From Desulfuromonadaceae bacterium (lineage in GTDB: Bacteria > Desulfobacterota > Desulfuromonadia > Desulfuromonadales > JAAYDE01): a stretch of 62,342 bases of DNA. Each line of letters opens with the position of its first letter. Positions within the stretch are counted from its first letter, which is position 1. The DNA lies in contig JAAZDE010000131.1 of NCBI GenBank assembly GCA_012512925.1, positions 1 through 62,342 of the forward strand. The letters are read 5' to 3'. This document shows positions 61,636 to 62,342 of the stretch, piece by piece. The position numbers and the translations under genes were made by a program. Below the pieces are notes generated by a model. The model searched no databases, was not told the DNA's origin, and saw only the letters and a program-made list of their open reading frames with translations.

Positions 61636-61800
61636 GAAGGCGCCTGCCCGAAAATTTCAATCCAAAACGTTTACCATTTTTGACACGAAACAGTCATTTT
61701 ATCAAGGGTCCGAAGGGCAGGGGAAAGCAGATGCAAACGTGCGAAAGATAATATTTTTCCTTGTGATTTCAAACATTTCAAAGAGGTGGACAGGACCGGG

Positions 61801-62139
61801 TCAAATCAGCTTTGTACCTAAGGGAACGGGCTTGTCCGGAACACAAAGCGCAACCTCACCCAATTCGTTAGGAAAGCCCGTAACCAGGCATTCAGACATG
61901 ATCTGTCCTATCTGTTTCTTTGGAAAATTGATTACCCCTACGACGAGTTTGCCTGTCAATTCTTCGGGGCTGTAAAGCTGAGTGATTTGGGCACTGGATT
62001 TTTTGACGCCGATCTCCTCACCAAAGTCCACATAAAGCACAAAGGCCGGTTTTTTTGCTTTGGTGAATATCTCTGCACTGATTATCCGGCCGACACGAAT
62101 CTCTACTTTCGCAAATTCATTCCAAGTAATTGTTTCCAT
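61801..62139 (-). CDS. csaA: tRNA-binding domain protein (CsaA/EMAP-type)
   Basis: METITWNEFAKVEIRVGRI...SAQIT...LVVGVINFPKKQIG is typical of CsaA. I prefer the ATG at 62137-62139 because AGGAA lies 6 nt upstream. Confidence 0.85.
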   Translation of the reverse strand: METITWNEFAKVEIRVGRIISAEIFTKAKKPAFVLYVDFGEEIGVKKSSAQITQLYSPEELTGKLVVGVINFPKKQIGQIMSECLVTGFPNELGEVALCVPDKPVPLGTKLI

Positions 62140-62286
62140 AGGCATTTCCTGACAGCCAAGGTTTAAACTTAGAAACTGGCCATTTTGGAGGATGTTTTTG
62201 AAGCATGGGAACAGGACAGCAAAAAATACAGAAACCTCCCCGTCCTGCCAACACAATCGGCATCCACGGATTTGTTCAGAATAAAA

Positions 62287-62342
62287 TCAGAATTGAATAT
62301 CAAAAAGACGGGCCGCGATCATCAGGCCGGTCATGACGGTGA
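62287..62342 (-). CDS. C-terminal fragment of an unidentified protein that enters from beyond the window end
   Basis: The open frame ...TVMTGLMIAARLFDIQF ends at a stop at 62287-62289. Only 17 codons are visible. Confidence 0.3.
   Translation of the reverse strand, partial: TVMTGLMIAARLFDIQF

Overview
This is a 62.3-kb, gene-dense chromosomal segment with about 60 CDS. Hand counts of 60-nt samples give about 65% GC in core genes. By eye I found no rRNA, tRNA, CRISPR array, transposase or integrase. The gene content includes a c-type cytochrome, a small assimilatory-type sulfite reductase, a NifX/DUF5320/CGGC cluster, several radical-SAM enzymes and several c-di-GMP proteins. This suggests an anaerobic Desulfuromonadales/Geobacterales-like bacterium, but that is inference only. 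Most of the window is housekeeping: uup, hslO, cmoA/cmoB, upp, hemE/hemH, hisG/hisI, recN, nadK, rarA, priA, a DAHP synthase, trmB, truD, coaE and purT. I found no recognisable defence or mobile system. The candidates most worth a second look are listed here. (1) A 1348-aa membrane protein at 5383-9429 is an end-to-end internal duplication with a second, internal signal-peptide-like segment. (2) A two-gene operon at 36666-40739 pairs a PilZ-like protein with a sensor-GAF-HD-GYP phosphodiesterase. (3) A low-GC segment at about 55.8-59.2 kb carries a tightly coupled hexapeptide acyltransferase / BKACE (DUF849) / glycosyltransferase operon. (4) A NifX-like / DUF5320 / CGGC cluster of unknown function sits at the window start. 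(5) A radical-SAM/SPASM gene is fused into a hemE-hemH-CYTH operon. (6) A secreted protein carries a roughly 200-aa Arg/Pro/Ser-rich tail of uncertain coding status. Many long ORFs in the supplied track are antisense or out-of-frame shadows of real genes in GC-rich DNA, and I rejected them. All family assignments come from motif recognition in the translations. No database search was run.
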